Assembly: GCA_046351535.1 (NCBI GenBank)
Contig: JAXLYG010000023.1
Location: forward strand, 1-64,000
Origin: Polyangiales bacterium
Lineage (GTDB): Bacteria; Myxococcota_A; Polyangia; Polyangiales; Ga0077539
Length of the DNA stretch: 64,000 nucleotides
Reading direction: 5' to 3'
Shown here piece by piece: positions 54,039 to 63,682 of the stretch. The translations under genes and the position numbers were made by a program. Under the pieces are notes generated by a model. It searched no databases. It had not been told where the DNA came from and saw nothing but the letters and a program-made list of their open reading frames with translations. How positions within the stretch are numbered: the first letter of the stretch is position 1; each line of letters starts with the position of its first letter.

Positions 54039-55625
54039 CTACCGGAACACTTCGGCCAGCGGGATCACCCGCACATCCTCGGCCCGCACGGGGAGCTGAT
54101 ACGCGGCGATCTCGGCGTCTTCGCGCGTGACCTCCGCGGGCTTCGGCGTGTCGTATGTGATCGGCGACGGCGCGTTCGCACCGATGGCCTGGGCGAGTTC
54201 CTGCGCGTTGGGCGCGATGATCGCGACCCAGAGGTCCTGCGCGGTGAGGTGTTGCCGCGCGGCGGCGCGTACGGTCTCGACCGTCAACCCGCTCAGGCCC
54301 TCGCGCGTGCGGGTCACCCAGGAGCCCTGGGCGTTTCCGGTGAACACGTCGTCGATGGCGTACCCGAGCCTCGCGCTCTCGGTCTGCGCGTAGAGCCCCA
54401 CGTAGCCGTCGAGAAAGCCCCTCACCCGCGTGAGGTCTCCTTCGGGGACGCCGTCGTGAATCACACGGTCGAGCGCCCGCACCGCGGCCCGCAGCGCGAA
54501 ATGCGCCGACCTCGCAGGAACGGGCCTGATCCACACCGACGTGTACTGCTGCCTTCGAACGATGTTCGATCGGGGGAAGCGCGTCCCGTCCTCCTGATCG
54601 AAGTGCTCCGCGTAGGCGTAGTCGCCGTAGTTGAGACCGCGCGCTTCACGGATGGTCTGATAGAGCACGCCCACGCTCTGGCGGTGCAGCCCGAGGTAGT
54701 TCGTCGCGAACTGAACCGCGCCGAAGTCGGGATCGCGACGGGTCACCGTGGCGGGCGTTCCGATTGAAATCGCCGTGCTCGACGACGCGGGCTTGTCGAC
54801 GATCACCACGTGCATCCCGTGAGGACGCTCCACCGCCGTCAGCGCAGGACGCTCGCCGCACTGCGCCGGGAGCGTCGAGAGGTCTCCGCGGATCGTGTCG
54901 AGGAGGGCCGTGGGGTAGCTCCCTGCGACGCCGAAGGTCACACCCGCCACGCAGACCACGCGGGCGTAGTGGGCGCGCAGCTCGTCGAGGGTGATCGCTT
55001 CGAGGCCGCGCTCGGTCCCCACGGGGGGATGGCCGTACGGGTGCCCCTGGTAGATCACCGACTGGAGCACCTCCTTTCCGAGCGTCTCGTCGCTCGAACC
55101 GCGGAGGTCGAGGCGCAGGTCCGCGAGGCTCTGCGTCTTCACACGGCGGAAGTCCTCGTCGGCGAAGCGCGGCGCCAGAAGTACATCACGCAGCAACGGA
55201 TAGAAGACCTGGACGTGATCGCGATGGGCCTCTCCCGTGATCACCACGTGGTCGCGATCGATCTGGTAGTGGATCGTCGCGGCCATCGGAAAGAGCCGCC
55301 GCGTGAGCTGTTCGAAGCTCAGCGCGCGGGTGCCGCCCTCGACCATGAGCCGGGTCATCAGCCGGGTCATTCCCTCGCGGCCCGTGGGGTCGTCGGCGCT
55401 CCCCACGTCGAGCACCACGCGGAAGGTCACCCGCGTCGACGCCTCGTTGCGAAGCTCCACGATCCTCACCGGGGGACGCGTCGGCGCCGCGACGGCCTCG
55501 ACCTGTTGGTTCCTCGGCTCGGGGTTCGTCCTCGGCGTCGGGTCTGTCATCACGGGCCTCGCGCTCGCGCACGACACCGCGAGTCCGAGCACCGCGCACT
55601 TCATGAAGTCGTTACGGATCTTCAC
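54039..55625 (-). CDS. M16 family peptidase-like protein (likely non-catalytic subunit, no HxxEH)
   Basis: Signal/lipoprotein N-terminus (MKCAVLGLAVSCASA). M16 fold segments (LDVGSADDPTGREGMTRLMTRLMVEGGT; GLNYGDYAYAE). Lacks the zinc-binding HxxEH. 4-bp overlap with the upstream M16 gene. Confidence 0.75.
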   Translation of the reverse strand: MKIRNDFMKCAVLGLAVSCASARPVMTDPTPRTNPEPRNQQVEAVAAPTRPPVRIVELRNEASTRVTFRVVLDVGSADDPTGREGMTRLMTRLMVEGGTRALSFEQLTRRLFPMAATIHYQIDRDHVVITGEAHRDHVQVFYPLLRDVLLAPRFADEDFRRVKTQSLADLRLDLRGSSDETLGKEVLQSVIYQGHPYGHPPVGTERGLEAITLDELRAHYARVVCVAGVTFGVAGSYPTALLDTIRGDLSTLPAQCGERPALTAVERPHGMHVVIVDKPASSSTAISIGTPATVTRRDPDFGAVQFATNYLGLHRQSVGVLYQTIREARGLNYGDYAYAEHFDQEDGTRFPRSNIVRRQQYTSVWIRPVPARSAHFALRAAVRALDRVIHDGVPEGDLTRVRGFLDGYVGLYAQTESARLGYAIDDVFTGNAQGSWVTRTREGLSGLTVETVRAAARQHLTAQDLWVAIIAPNAQELAQAIGANAPSPITYDTPKPAEVTREDAEIAAYQLPVRAEDVRVIPLAEVFR

Positions 55626-57043
55626 GGCGTCCTCCGGATGCGGGGCGCGGGGCGGTTGGGGCCTGCGTGAACAGCTCCGGCGGGTGCGCTCGCGGCGGGC
55701 GAGAGCGTCACCACGTCGCGTCGAGCCTCGGTGAGAAAGGTCCTCGCCACGCGGGCCACGTCGTCGGCCGTCACGTTCGAGAGGCGGTCGTGGTAGCGCT
55801 GATAGGTCATCACCTCGCCCGTGAGCGCCATGTACCGCGCGACCGTGTGCGCCGCGTCGAAGGGCGTCTGCACCGAGAGCGGGAGCCGATAGCGCAGGTG
55901 CGAGATCACGTCGGCGATGCGCTCGGCGGGGACCTCTCCGCGACCGATGCGCGCGAGCTCGGCGGTCACCGCGGCGGAGACCTCGTCGTGGGTGATGTGC
56001 TCGCCGAGCGTGGCTTCGACCACGAAGAGACCGGGGTCACGGTGAAACTCTCCGGGCCAGCTCTCGAGGCCCAGGAGCTTCGACTCTCGCACCACGAGCT
56101 GCTGATAGAGGTCCGACGATTCGCTGAAGGCCAGCGCGTGAACGACCTCGAGGGCCGCCGTGTCGGCGCTGTCGAGCGAGAAGCCCGGGACGCGATACCC
56201 GAGGAGCATCCTCGGCGGAGAGGTTCCCTCCCAGGCGAGGGCGCGCGCGCGGGGCGCCGACTGCTGCGGCTCGGGGGGAATGACCGGCGTGGCGCGATGG
56301 GAGTTCCACGGGCCATAGTGCTCCGTCGCGAGTGCGACGAGGCGGGCGCGGTCGACGTCACCCGCGACGATCACGGCGCAGTTGTCGGGTGTGTAGAAGC
56401 GCCGAAAGAACTGCTGCGAGTACGCGTAGTAGCGCGGCATCGCCTGGATGTCCGCGAGGTAGCCCATGGTCGTGTGACCGTAGGTGTGGCGCGTGAAGGC
56501 CAGCTCGCTCAGCGTCTCCCACATCTGGTGAACGGGCGAGGCCGCGTTCTTGTTGTACTCGCCGAAGACCGCGCGGGTCTCGGTCTGAAAGTCCTGCTGC
56601 GCATAGTAGAGACTTCGAAAGCGATCGGCCTCGACGGGGACGAGCTCCGCGAGCGACGCCGACGGCATGGTCACCGTGTAGAGGGTGTAGTCCTCGGTGG
56701 TGTAGGCGTTGTTGTCGGCGCCCATGTGCTGCATCCGGTGCTCGTACTCGCGCGCCGGGAGCTGCCGCGTCCCTCGGAACATCATGTGTTCGAAGAGGTG
56801 CGCGAAGCCCGAGTGACCGGCCTCGACCTCGTCGCGCGACCCCGTCCGCACGAGGGTGAAATACGCCACGATCCCAGGCGCGTCGTAGGGAACGGTCACC
56901 ACCGTGAGCCCGTTGGGCAGACGATCGACCGTGGGCTCGTGGGGGAGCACCTGAGCGCTCCCTTCGCGCGCGACGGAGAGGCCGAGCGCGAGTGCCGCGA
57001 CGCCGACCGCGACGCGGAGACGTGTGTGCTTCGAGTGAACCAT
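55622..57043 (-). CDS. M16 family zinc peptidase (pitrilysin-like, HxxEH)
   Basis: ATG near 57043 (MVHSKHTRLRVAVGVAALALGLSVA: signal peptide). GFAHLFEHMMFRGT carries the inverted zinc-binding motif HxxEH. Downstream E (…NAYTTEDYT…). Confidence 0.85.
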   Translation of the reverse strand: MVHSKHTRLRVAVGVAALALGLSVAREGSAQVLPHEPTVDRLPNGLTVVTVPYDAPGIVAYFTLVRTGSRDEVEAGHSGFAHLFEHMMFRGTRQLPAREYEHRMQHMGADNNAYTTEDYTLYTVTMPSASLAELVPVEADRFRSLYYAQQDFQTETRAVFGEYNKNAASPVHQMWETLSELAFTRHTYGHTTMGYLADIQAMPRYYAYSQQFFRRFYTPDNCAVIVAGDVDRARLVALATEHYGPWNSHRATPVIPPEPQQSAPRARALAWEGTSPPRMLLGYRVPGFSLDSADTAALEVVHALAFSESSDLYQQLVVRESKLLGLESWPGEFHRDPGLFVVEATLGEHITHDEVSAAVTAELARIGRGEVPAERIADVISHLRYRLPLSVQTPFDAAHTVARYMALTGEVMTYQRYHDRLSNVTADDVARVARTFLTEARRDVVTLSPAASAPAGAVHAGPNRPAPRIRRTP

Positions 57044-57174
57044 TGGAGGTGCGCGAGGGTATAACCCCGCCGCTCCGCCCAAGGGAACGGCCTTCGCGCG
57101 CGGCCCTCGACGCGCCTCCGCCGCGGTGCGATCGTCAAGCTTCCAGCGATCCCAAGGAGCGCCCCGTGAAGCGA

Positions 57175-58809
57175 TGGATCCGCGTGTTCGCGCCGCTCGC
57201 CGTCGTGCTCTCGGTGAACCTCTTCGCCGCGTACGGCGACAACTGGCGCGTCGCGTGGCAACGGATCGCCCACGGCTGCGGCGACTGGGGCAGCGCGGTC
57301 TTCGCCGTCACCGCGCTCGGGGTCGCGCTCCTCGGCCTCGCGAGCGCCACGGGACCGCGCGCCTGGGTGGTGCTCATCCCGACGCTTCCACCGTTCACCG
57401 CGGCGTTGGGCGTGGCCGTGCAGCTCCGCGCGCTTCGTCCCGCGATCATCGAGCGGGCGAGCTACGGGAGCGACGCATTCGGCGCTCCGTCGAGCCTCTC
57501 GCCGGACCTGATCCGCACGTGGGCGTCGGACCACGGGATGTTGCGCGCCCTCGCCGCGCAGCAGGGCCTCGCCCTCGCGCTCGCCACGCTCCTCGTCGCG
57601 TGGCGCTGGTCTCCGTGGCCGCGGGAACGACGCGCTCCGATCGCGCTCGCGATGATTCCGCTCGGACTCGCGACGCTCGCGCTCTGGGGGCCCGTGACCG
57701 CCATCAGCACGCCCTCGATGGACGTGAGCGCGCTGATGCTGCTCCTCGTGGCGCTCGCGATCCTCGCGCCTGCGACCCTCGCGACCTCGTTCCGGGGCGC
57801 CGCGCCCGACGGCGCCGAGACGCCTCCCTCGACACCCTATCGCGCGCCCCTCGATGCGCCCTACGAAGCCCCGAGCGTCGATGCTCCCTCGATCGCGGTG
57901 ATGGTCTCGCTCGTGATGCCGTGGCTCGCGCGCGGACTCCTCCGCGGAACCGTCGCGATGCACGCGGCGTGGTGGCCCTTCTCCGTGGATCCCTTCGCGG
58001 TCACCGCCCCGAGCCTCAACCTCGCGCTCCTCGCGTTCGCGTCACGTTGGGATCGCTACGTCCTCACGCTCGGCGTGACCCTCGCGCTCGTCGCGCTCGT
58101 GCGCGGCGCCGATCGTCGGGGGCTTCGAATGTGGGCCGTCGCCGTCGCGCTCCTCCTCGCGGGAGACATCACCGGCGCGCGCTCGCTCCGCGCGATCCGC
58201 GACACGATGCTGCGCGCGCGTCATCCCCACGTGTGGCTCGCGACGCCGGGCGCCGCGTGGCTCGAACGCATGCCCGACCTCTCGCACCCGCCCACCGAAG
58301 AGCTCATCTGGCGCGCGTCGGGCGAGGTCGCCGCGGTGCCTCCGCCGTCGAGGAGCGCGTCGTGGCACGCGGGTCCGCTGGTTCATGTCGATCCCGCGAT
58401 GACGGCGCGCGTGTGGAGGGCGCAGCTCCGACGCTGGCGCGCGACCTCACCCGACGGCGTGCTCACGCTGAGCGGGGGCTGCCCGCCCGATCCGCGGTCG
58501 TGGCTCTCGGACTCGCGGCAGGAGGTCGACCTCTCGAACACCCCTGGAATCACCGAGTGTCACACGGTGGCCGAGGTGGCGCCTCTCGACGGCGCCGTCA
58601 CCGACACGCTGCGTGTGATGAGCGCGTCACGCGCGACGCTCCTCGACGCGCGCGGAGAGACGCACGAGATCGACCTCCGCACCTGGCGCCCGGGGCCCGA
58701 GACGCAGTCGATCACGGTGATCGCAGGCGACGACACGGTGCGCGCGAGCGTGGTCGTCAACGCCGCGCGTCGGCTCTACGACGGACGGCGTCGCGTGCTG
58801 TTCGGGTAG
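57175..58809 (+). CDS. polytopic membrane protein, hypothetical (~544 aa)
   Basis: GTG at 57175, preceded by AAGGAG SD at 57163-57168. More than 10 hydrophobic helices (VFAPLAVVLSVNLFAAY; AVFAVTALGVALLGLASA; ALALATLLVAW; MLLLVALAILAPATLA...). Soluble C-terminal ~170 aa. Confidence 0.6.
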   Translation, partial: WIRVFAPLAVVLSVNLFAAYGDNWRVAWQRIAHGCGDWGSAVFAVTALGVALLGLASATGPRAWVVLIPTLPPFTAALGVAVQLRALRPAIIERASYGSDAFGAPSSLSPDLIRTWASDHGMLRALAAQQGLALALATLLVAWRWSPWPRERRAPIALAMIPLGLATLALWGPVTAISTPSMDVSALMLLLVALAILAPATLATSFRGAAPDGAETPPSTPYRAPLDAPYEAPSVDAPSIAVMVSLVMPWLARGLLRGTVAMHAAWWPFSVDPFAVTAPSLNLALLAFASRWDRYVLTLGVTLALVALVRGADRRGLRMWAVAVALLLAGDITGARSLRAIRDTMLRARHPHVWLATPGAAWLERMPDLSHPPTEELIWRASGEVAAVPPPSRSASWHAGPLVHVDPAMTARVWRAQLRRWRATSPDGVLTLSGGCPPDPRSWLSDSRQEVDLSNTPGITECHTVAEVAPLDGAVTDTLRVMSASRATLLDARGETHEIDLRTWRPGPETQSITVIAGDDTVRASVVVNAARRLYDGRRRVLFG

Positions 58810-58859
58810 CCCTCCCCCGGTCCCTCCCCCGCGAAGGGGGAGAGGGACGGGGTGAGGGC
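58810..58859. terminator. GC-rich imperfect hairpin (gccctcccccggtccctccccc-gcgaa-gggggagagggacggggtgagggc), a member of a dispersed palindromic repeat family
   Basis: Lies directly after the stop of CDS 57175..58809. The same gggagagggacggggtgaggg motif occurs at 43731-43756 and 44545-44575. Confidence 0.5.
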
Positions 58860-58966
58860 TTCACAACTCGCGCATCCCGCCGCACAACCCGTCCGCGAGG
58901 CACGCGCGAAATCGCCGTGTTTCCCAGCGGTATGCGCGCTGCAAACGCATCGCGGAGAGGTGATCT

Positions 58967-59659
58967 GTGACCTTTCCGCTCGCGTCCGCATCAAGCTCGA
59001 CTCCCGCGCGTTCTGCCACCGCGCGCACCGGCGCGCTCCCCTGGATCGCGGGGCTGCTCGTGACCGTCGGCGTCGTGGCGGCGATCAGCCGCTACCTGCT
59101 CCCGCACGCGCTCCACCAGTCGATCACGGCGCCGCTCTATGGGAGCTACGCCCCCGAGCAGCTCCCCGTGCTCGCGCGGCACCCGGTTTCTGAGGCGCTC
59201 CATCGCCTCGGCGGGGCGCTCTACCTGCTCCTCGGAGTGATGCAGTTCAACCCGTCGCTCCGCGCGCGTCGACCGACGCTCCACCGCTGGTCGGGCAGGG
59301 TCTTCGTGGCGCTCTCGATCGTGGCCGCGGTGTCGGGCGCCTACATGGCCCTCGCGTTCGGCTACGAGCCCGGCGAGCGCGCGCCGAGCGTGCTCTTCGC
59401 CGCCGTGATGATCGTGTCGGCGCTGATGGCCGTGTACGAGATCCGCCGCGGACGCGTCGAGGCGCACCGCGCGTGGGTCACCCGCTGCTTCGCCGTGGGC
59501 CTCGGGATCGCGACGATTCGCGTGATGGCGGTGATCGCGCTCCACACGACGCCGTGGACGACGCGTCAGCTCATCACGCCCATCTTCTGGATCGGCTGGA
59601 CGCTTACCCTCGCGATCGCCGAGCTCCTCATTCGGAGTCGGAGGCGCTCCGCTCAGTGA
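58967..59659 (+). CDS. DUF2306-like membrane protein
   Basis: Four or five TM helices (WIAGLLVTVGVVAAI; LGGALYLLLGVMQF; VFVALSIVAAVSGAYMAL; VLFAAVMIVSALMAV; FAVGLGIATIRVMAVIAL) and a conserved HRWSGR-type loop. Confidence 0.6.
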   Translation: MTFPLASASSSTPARSATARTGALPWIAGLLVTVGVVAAISRYLLPHALHQSITAPLYGSYAPEQLPVLARHPVSEALHRLGGALYLLLGVMQFNPSLRARRPTLHRWSGRVFVALSIVAAVSGAYMALAFGYEPGERAPSVLFAAVMIVSALMAVYEIRRGRVEAHRAWVTRCFAVGLGIATIRVMAVIALHTTPWTTRQLITPIFWIGWTLTLAIAELLIRSRRRSAQ

Positions 59660-60295
59660 GCGGCGCGGGGGGCGCGGAGGTCGAAGCGGATCGTGACCTC
59701 GTCGCGAATGAGGTTGTCGGGCATCCCGGGGTACACGAGCCCGAAGTCCCGGCGGTTGATGACGAACTCGCTCCGCGCGGTGACCTCCGACGCGCCCACC
59801 GCGATGGTCGCGGGGAAGGTGATCGACCGCGACTGACCGTGCAGCGAGAGCGTTCCGGTGACCGTGTGGGTCGCGCCGTTGGAGCCGCCCACACTCGATC
59901 GCCGTCGACTCGAAGGTCGCGCGGGGAAAGCGCGCCACGTCGAAGAAGTCGGCCGACTTGAGGTGGTTGGTGAGTCGATCCCGGTCGGTGCTCACCGAGG
60001 CCGTCTCGATGGTCACCGAGATGCGGCTGTTCTCGGGGTGCGCCGCGTCGAGGTCGATGGCGCCGTTGAACGCGCCGAAGGTGCCGTTGTGGCTCCCGGT
60101 GACCTTGGCCCCGGTGAACCCGAGGCTCGACGTGGGGGGCGCGAAGACGAGGTGCTCGCTCCCCGCTGCGGGAGCGCTCGGTGCAGCCGTCGTCGCCGCG
60201 GTGGAAGTCGCGCGCGGGACGCCCGCGTTGGGATCCTTGCAGGCCGCGAGCGCGAGGATCGGGAGCGAGAGGAGCAGTGTGGCGTGGTGGCGCAT
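59653..60295 (-). pseudogene. YceI-family periplasmic lipoprotein with single frameshift
   Basis: The N-terminal 134 aa sit in frame of ORF 58991..60931 (MRHHATLLLSLPILALAACKD…NGTFGAFNGAIDLDAAHPENSRISVTIETASVSTDRDRLTNHLKSADFFDVARFPRATFESTAIE). The C-terminal 79 aa sit in ORF 59653..59892 (GGSNGATHTVTGTLSLHGQSRSITFPATIAVG…). The junction is at a g-run (gtgggcgg, ~59888); a 1-bp change restores a full-length YceI. Confidence 0.65.
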
Positions 60296-60426
60296 GGGCG
60301 TTGCGATCGTCTCTTCGTTGGGGTGGTGCTGCGCGCGACGACGAATCATCGCCGCGTGGATGGGGTAGAGCCGCGAGCGGTGCATCGCAATGTGCGATCG
60401 AGGCAACGCGCCGTTGCGGAGGGCGC

Positions 60427-61704
60427 TCAGCCGAAGGTCCAGCTCCGCTCGACCCAGCGGTCTCCGACGAAATAGAACTCTCGCGCGCGGTGTTCGAAGA
60501 GCACCGTGGCGGTGATCGTCTGCGCGCCCGCGTGGAGCACCTCCGACGCGTACTTCACGAACCCGACGCCGTACTCGGGGTGCGCGACGACGACGCCGCC
60601 TCGGGTGCGCGGCGAGAGCGCGTCGAGGGGCGTCGGTGAGGGACCGGCGTCCTTGACCTTGCGGCTCCATGCGCTGCGACGCGTCGAGGCGAGCTTCGCG
60701 GTGAGCTTCTCGAAGGGGACGCGCTTCTCCTTTCGCAGCGCGGCGAGGTCGTACTCGTGCGCGTCGTGGGCGTGCAGCACGAGCAGGGCGTCGCGCGACC
60801 TCACCCACACGGGCTTCGGCGTGAAGAGCGGCATCGTCGGGCTCAGGCGCATGGCCTTGAGGTCGAGGGCGATGACCTCGCGCTCCTTCGGAAACACCCA
60901 GTGCACGGTCTCGTCGCAGAGCAGGAACCACGTCGCATCAGGGCCGGGCGCGGCGGAGCGAACGGGGTGAGAGCCCGGCGAGATCTCCGTGTGATGGCCG
61001 TCGCGGTCGAGCGTGAGAAAGTGATCGTGCACGACCGCGAGCGCGCGTCCCGCGTCGTCGATGGCGCCGTGACGCCCCTCACGGAGCGACTCCCACGAGG
61101 CGAAGAGTCGGTCGAGCGAGAGCGGCGTCACGCCGTCGCGTCCCGCGCGATGGAGCCGCTCGAACCAGATCACGAGCGCCTCGTCGTCGGGCAGCGGAAT
61201 CACATCGACGCGGTCCAACGGACGCGGCACCGCGTACCGACGCCCGCCCGACTCGATCACCGCGGGGGCCTCTGGAACAGGGAGTTCGAGCGGCGTCACG
61301 GCGCCGTCCTCTGCCCACCACGAGGGTCTGCGTGAGGGGTCCTTGAGGTCGATCGCGGGCACCACCATCACGCGTTCACCGACGGCGAAGACCGAGGTGA
61401 GCGAGGTCCACGGCGCGTTGAACGGCAGCGCCTTCACGCGCGCGGCGTCGAGGTCGATCTCGTAGAGCTTGTAGGGGTTGTCGTGGTGGTGCCGCGCGAC
61501 GGCGAAGACCCTTCCGCTGCGCGTTCGCGCCACGCTCGACGCGAAGAAGCCGGGGATCGACTTCACGGTCATGGGCCACGCGCCGAGGTCGAGCGCGTAG
61601 CTCACGTCGGGCATCGAGGCCGAGAGAAAGACCGTGTCGCCCCACGCGATTCCGAGGTCGCTGCTGGTGGGGAGCTTCGCCGTGCGCGCGGGGGTGATCG
61701 CCAT
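60427..61704 (-). CDS. hypothetical protein (425 aa)
   Basis: ATG at 61704 (MAITPARTAKLPTSSDLGIAWGDTVFLSAS…). The upstream part of the ORF-track ORF is S/G/V-rich antisense sequence of the neighbouring gene and was excluded. W/F/H-rich natural composition. Divergent from 61793..63682. Confidence 0.55.
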   Translation of the reverse strand: MAITPARTAKLPTSSDLGIAWGDTVFLSASMPDVSYALDLGAWPMTVKSIPGFFASSVARTRSGRVFAVARHHHDNPYKLYEIDLDAARVKALPFNAPWTSLTSVFAVGERVMVVPAIDLKDPSRRPSWWAEDGAVTPLELPVPEAPAVIESGGRRYAVPRPLDRVDVIPLPDDEALVIWFERLHRAGRDGVTPLSLDRLFASWESLREGRHGAIDDAGRALAVVHDHFLTLDRDGHHTEISPGSHPVRSAAPGPDATWFLLCDETVHWVFPKEREVIALDLKAMRLSPTMPLFTPKPVWVRSRDALLVLHAHDAHEYDLAALRKEKRVPFEKLTAKLASTRRSAWSRKVKDAGPSPTPLDALSPRTRGGVVVAHPEYGVGFVKYASEVLHAGAQTITATVLFEHRAREFYFVGDRWVERSWTFG

Positions 61705-61792
61705 CGTGGCGCCGACGGTATCGCAGCCTCGCGCCGCGGATGGAGCACGATCGCACCCACGCATTTTGAGCCCCCCGGCGACCTCCGATACC

Positions 61793-63682
61793 ATGCGCGC
61801 CATGAACTCGCTTCGATTCGCCCTCGTCGCCTCGGCGCTCACCCTCGCGGCGTGCGCGCCGAAATCGACCTCGGGAAACGTCTCGTTCAACGACGTGCAC
61901 TCCACCGACGGAGACCCCGGCGATGTCGTCACCACCGACACGCCGACGCCGACGGACACCCCTACGCCCACCGACGTCACGACCGATGCGCCCGATCCGC
62001 AGGACGTCGTCACCCCCACCGACACACCGACCGACACGCCGCCGCCGCTCGACGCGCCCGTCGACGTGGTGACCGACGTCTCCGTCGACGCGGTGACCGA
62101 CGCGCCCGCCGACGTTCCGACGGATGCGCGCCCGAGCTGTCGCAGCGACCGCGAGTGCGCGGCGAGCTCCCAGGTCTGCGACCTCTCACAGTCGCGCTGC
62201 GTCGACTGCGTGCGCGACGCCGACTGCCTCACGGCCGGCACGCGGTGCCTCTCGAACCGCTGCGTGACGCCCGTGATGTGCACGAGCTCCCGCATGTGTC
62301 CCGGCCAGGTCTGCGACACGACGCGGAGCCTCTGCGTCGACTGCGTGGCCGACGTCGACTGCGCGCCCACCGAGATGTGCCGCGCCAGCGCGTGCGTGCT
62401 GCGTCCTCCGACCTGCGCGTCGGACGCCGAGTGCGCAGCGCCGACGCCGCGCTGCAACCCCACGTCACACGCCTGCGTGGCCTGCAACGTCAACGCAGAC
62501 TGCGGCCCGTCGAGGGCCTGCACCGCGGATCACGTCTGCGTCTCGACGGCGTGCACCCCCGGCGCGACGGACTGCTTCGACTCCCGCACGCGTCGCGTCT
62601 GCGCGGCCGACGGGATGTCGTCGATGAACACCCCCTGCCCCGACGCGACCGGAGGCACCGGCGCATGCGCCGCGGGCGCCTGCACGATCACCTGCGCCGC
62701 GGGCCTCGCCAACTGCGACGGGATGGCGGCCAACGGCTGCGAGACCTCGCTCAACTCGAACCCGCTCAACTGCGGCGCGTGCGGAAACCGCTGCGCCGCC
62801 GTGGGCGACAGCTCGACCCCCGTGTGCACCGCGGGCCGTTGCAGCCTCGCGTGCGCGGCCGGTCGCGGAGACTGCGACGGCGTCGTTTCGAACGGCTGCG
62901 AGACCGACCTGCTCACGTCGAACACCAACTGCGGACGCTGCGGAAATACGTGTTCCACGGGCGCGTGCAGCGCCGGCGCGTGCCCGCGCATCCTGCGGAC
63001 CTTCACGGGCCCCACGGGCATCGGCACCAACTGCCTCGCCCCCAACGACGACGGGTCGTGGGCGGGCGCCGGGGTGATGACCGGCGCGGGTGTGCCCATC
63101 GACATCACGCCCGCGTTCGCGATGGGGCTCCAGTACTTCGGCGCCAACTACCGGGCGATGTACGTGAACAACAACGGCAACATCACGTTCCGCGGCGCGC
63201 TCGGGACGTACACGCCGGCGCCCTTCCCCGTGGCGATGCAGCCGATGACCGCGCCGTGGTGGGGCGACGTCGACACGCGCGGCGTCGGCCAGCCCATGCG
63301 CAACAACGTGTGCTTCGTGGTCGAGCCCTCGCGGGTCATCGTGACGTGGGATCGCGTGGGGTACTTCTCGTCGCACGACGATCGGCAGAACACCTTTCAG
63401 CTCCTCCTCTCGACGCGCGCGGGCCTCGCGGCGGGCGACTTCGACGTGGAGTTCCGCTACGAGCGCTGCGAGTGGACGACGGGCGACGCCTCGGGCGGCG
63501 CGGGCGGCTTCGGCGGAACCCCCGCGCAGGTCGGCTTCGACGCGGGTGACATGCGCACCTACTTCTCGCTCCCGATGTCACGCACGATGGCGATCCTCGA
63601 CGTGTGCACGTCGTCGAACGTCGGCACGCCCGGCATCTGGCGCTTCCAGGTCCGCGGCAGCGTGATCACCCCCGGCCTCTGA
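61793..63682 (+). CDS. lipoprotein with Thr/Pro/Asp linker, myxobacterial Cys-rich repeats and C-terminal NIDO domain
   Basis: MRAMNSLRFALVASALTLAACAP (lipobox LAAC). TDTPTPTD linker. About 9 Cys-rich repeats (CxxDxDCxxGxxCxxxxCV type). C-terminal 250 aa (YFGANYRAMYVNNNGNITFRG…YTPAPFP…APWWGDVDTRG…VTWDRVGYF…NTFQLLLSTRAG…FDVEFRYERCEWTTGDASGG…AQVGFDAGD…YFSLP) follows the NIDO domain consensus. Confidence 0.8.
   Translation: MRAMNSLRFALVASALTLAACAPKSTSGNVSFNDVHSTDGDPGDVVTTDTPTPTDTPTPTDVTTDAPDPQDVVTPTDTPTDTPPPLDAPVDVVTDVSVDAVTDAPADVPTDARPSCRSDRECAASSQVCDLSQSRCVDCVRDADCLTAGTRCLSNRCVTPVMCTSSRMCPGQVCDTTRSLCVDCVADVDCAPTEMCRASACVLRPPTCASDAECAAPTPRCNPTSHACVACNVNADCGPSRACTADHVCVSTACTPGATDCFDSRTRRVCAADGMSSMNTPCPDATGGTGACAAGACTITCAAGLANCDGMAANGCETSLNSNPLNCGACGNRCAAVGDSSTPVCTAGRCSLACAAGRGDCDGVVSNGCETDLLTSNTNCGRCGNTCSTGACSAGACPRILRTFTGPTGIGTNCLAPNDDGSWAGAGVMTGAGVPIDITPAFAMGLQYFGANYRAMYVNNNGNITFRGALGTYTPAPFPVAMQPMTAPWWGDVDTRGVGQPMRNNVCFVVEPSRVIVTWDRVGYFSSHDDRQNTFQLLLSTRAGLAAGDFDVEFRYERCEWTTGDASGGAGGFGGTPAQVGFDAGDMRTYFSLPMSRTMAILDVCTSSNVGTPGIWRFQVRGSVITPGL

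Noticed and set aside
60427-61704. N-terminal extension (residues 1-273) of ORF 60427..62523
   Set aside because: The S/G/V/T-rich low-complexity stretch is antisense to the Thr/Pro/Cys-rich lipoprotein gene on the plus strand. The start was moved to the ATG at 61704, where natural composition begins.
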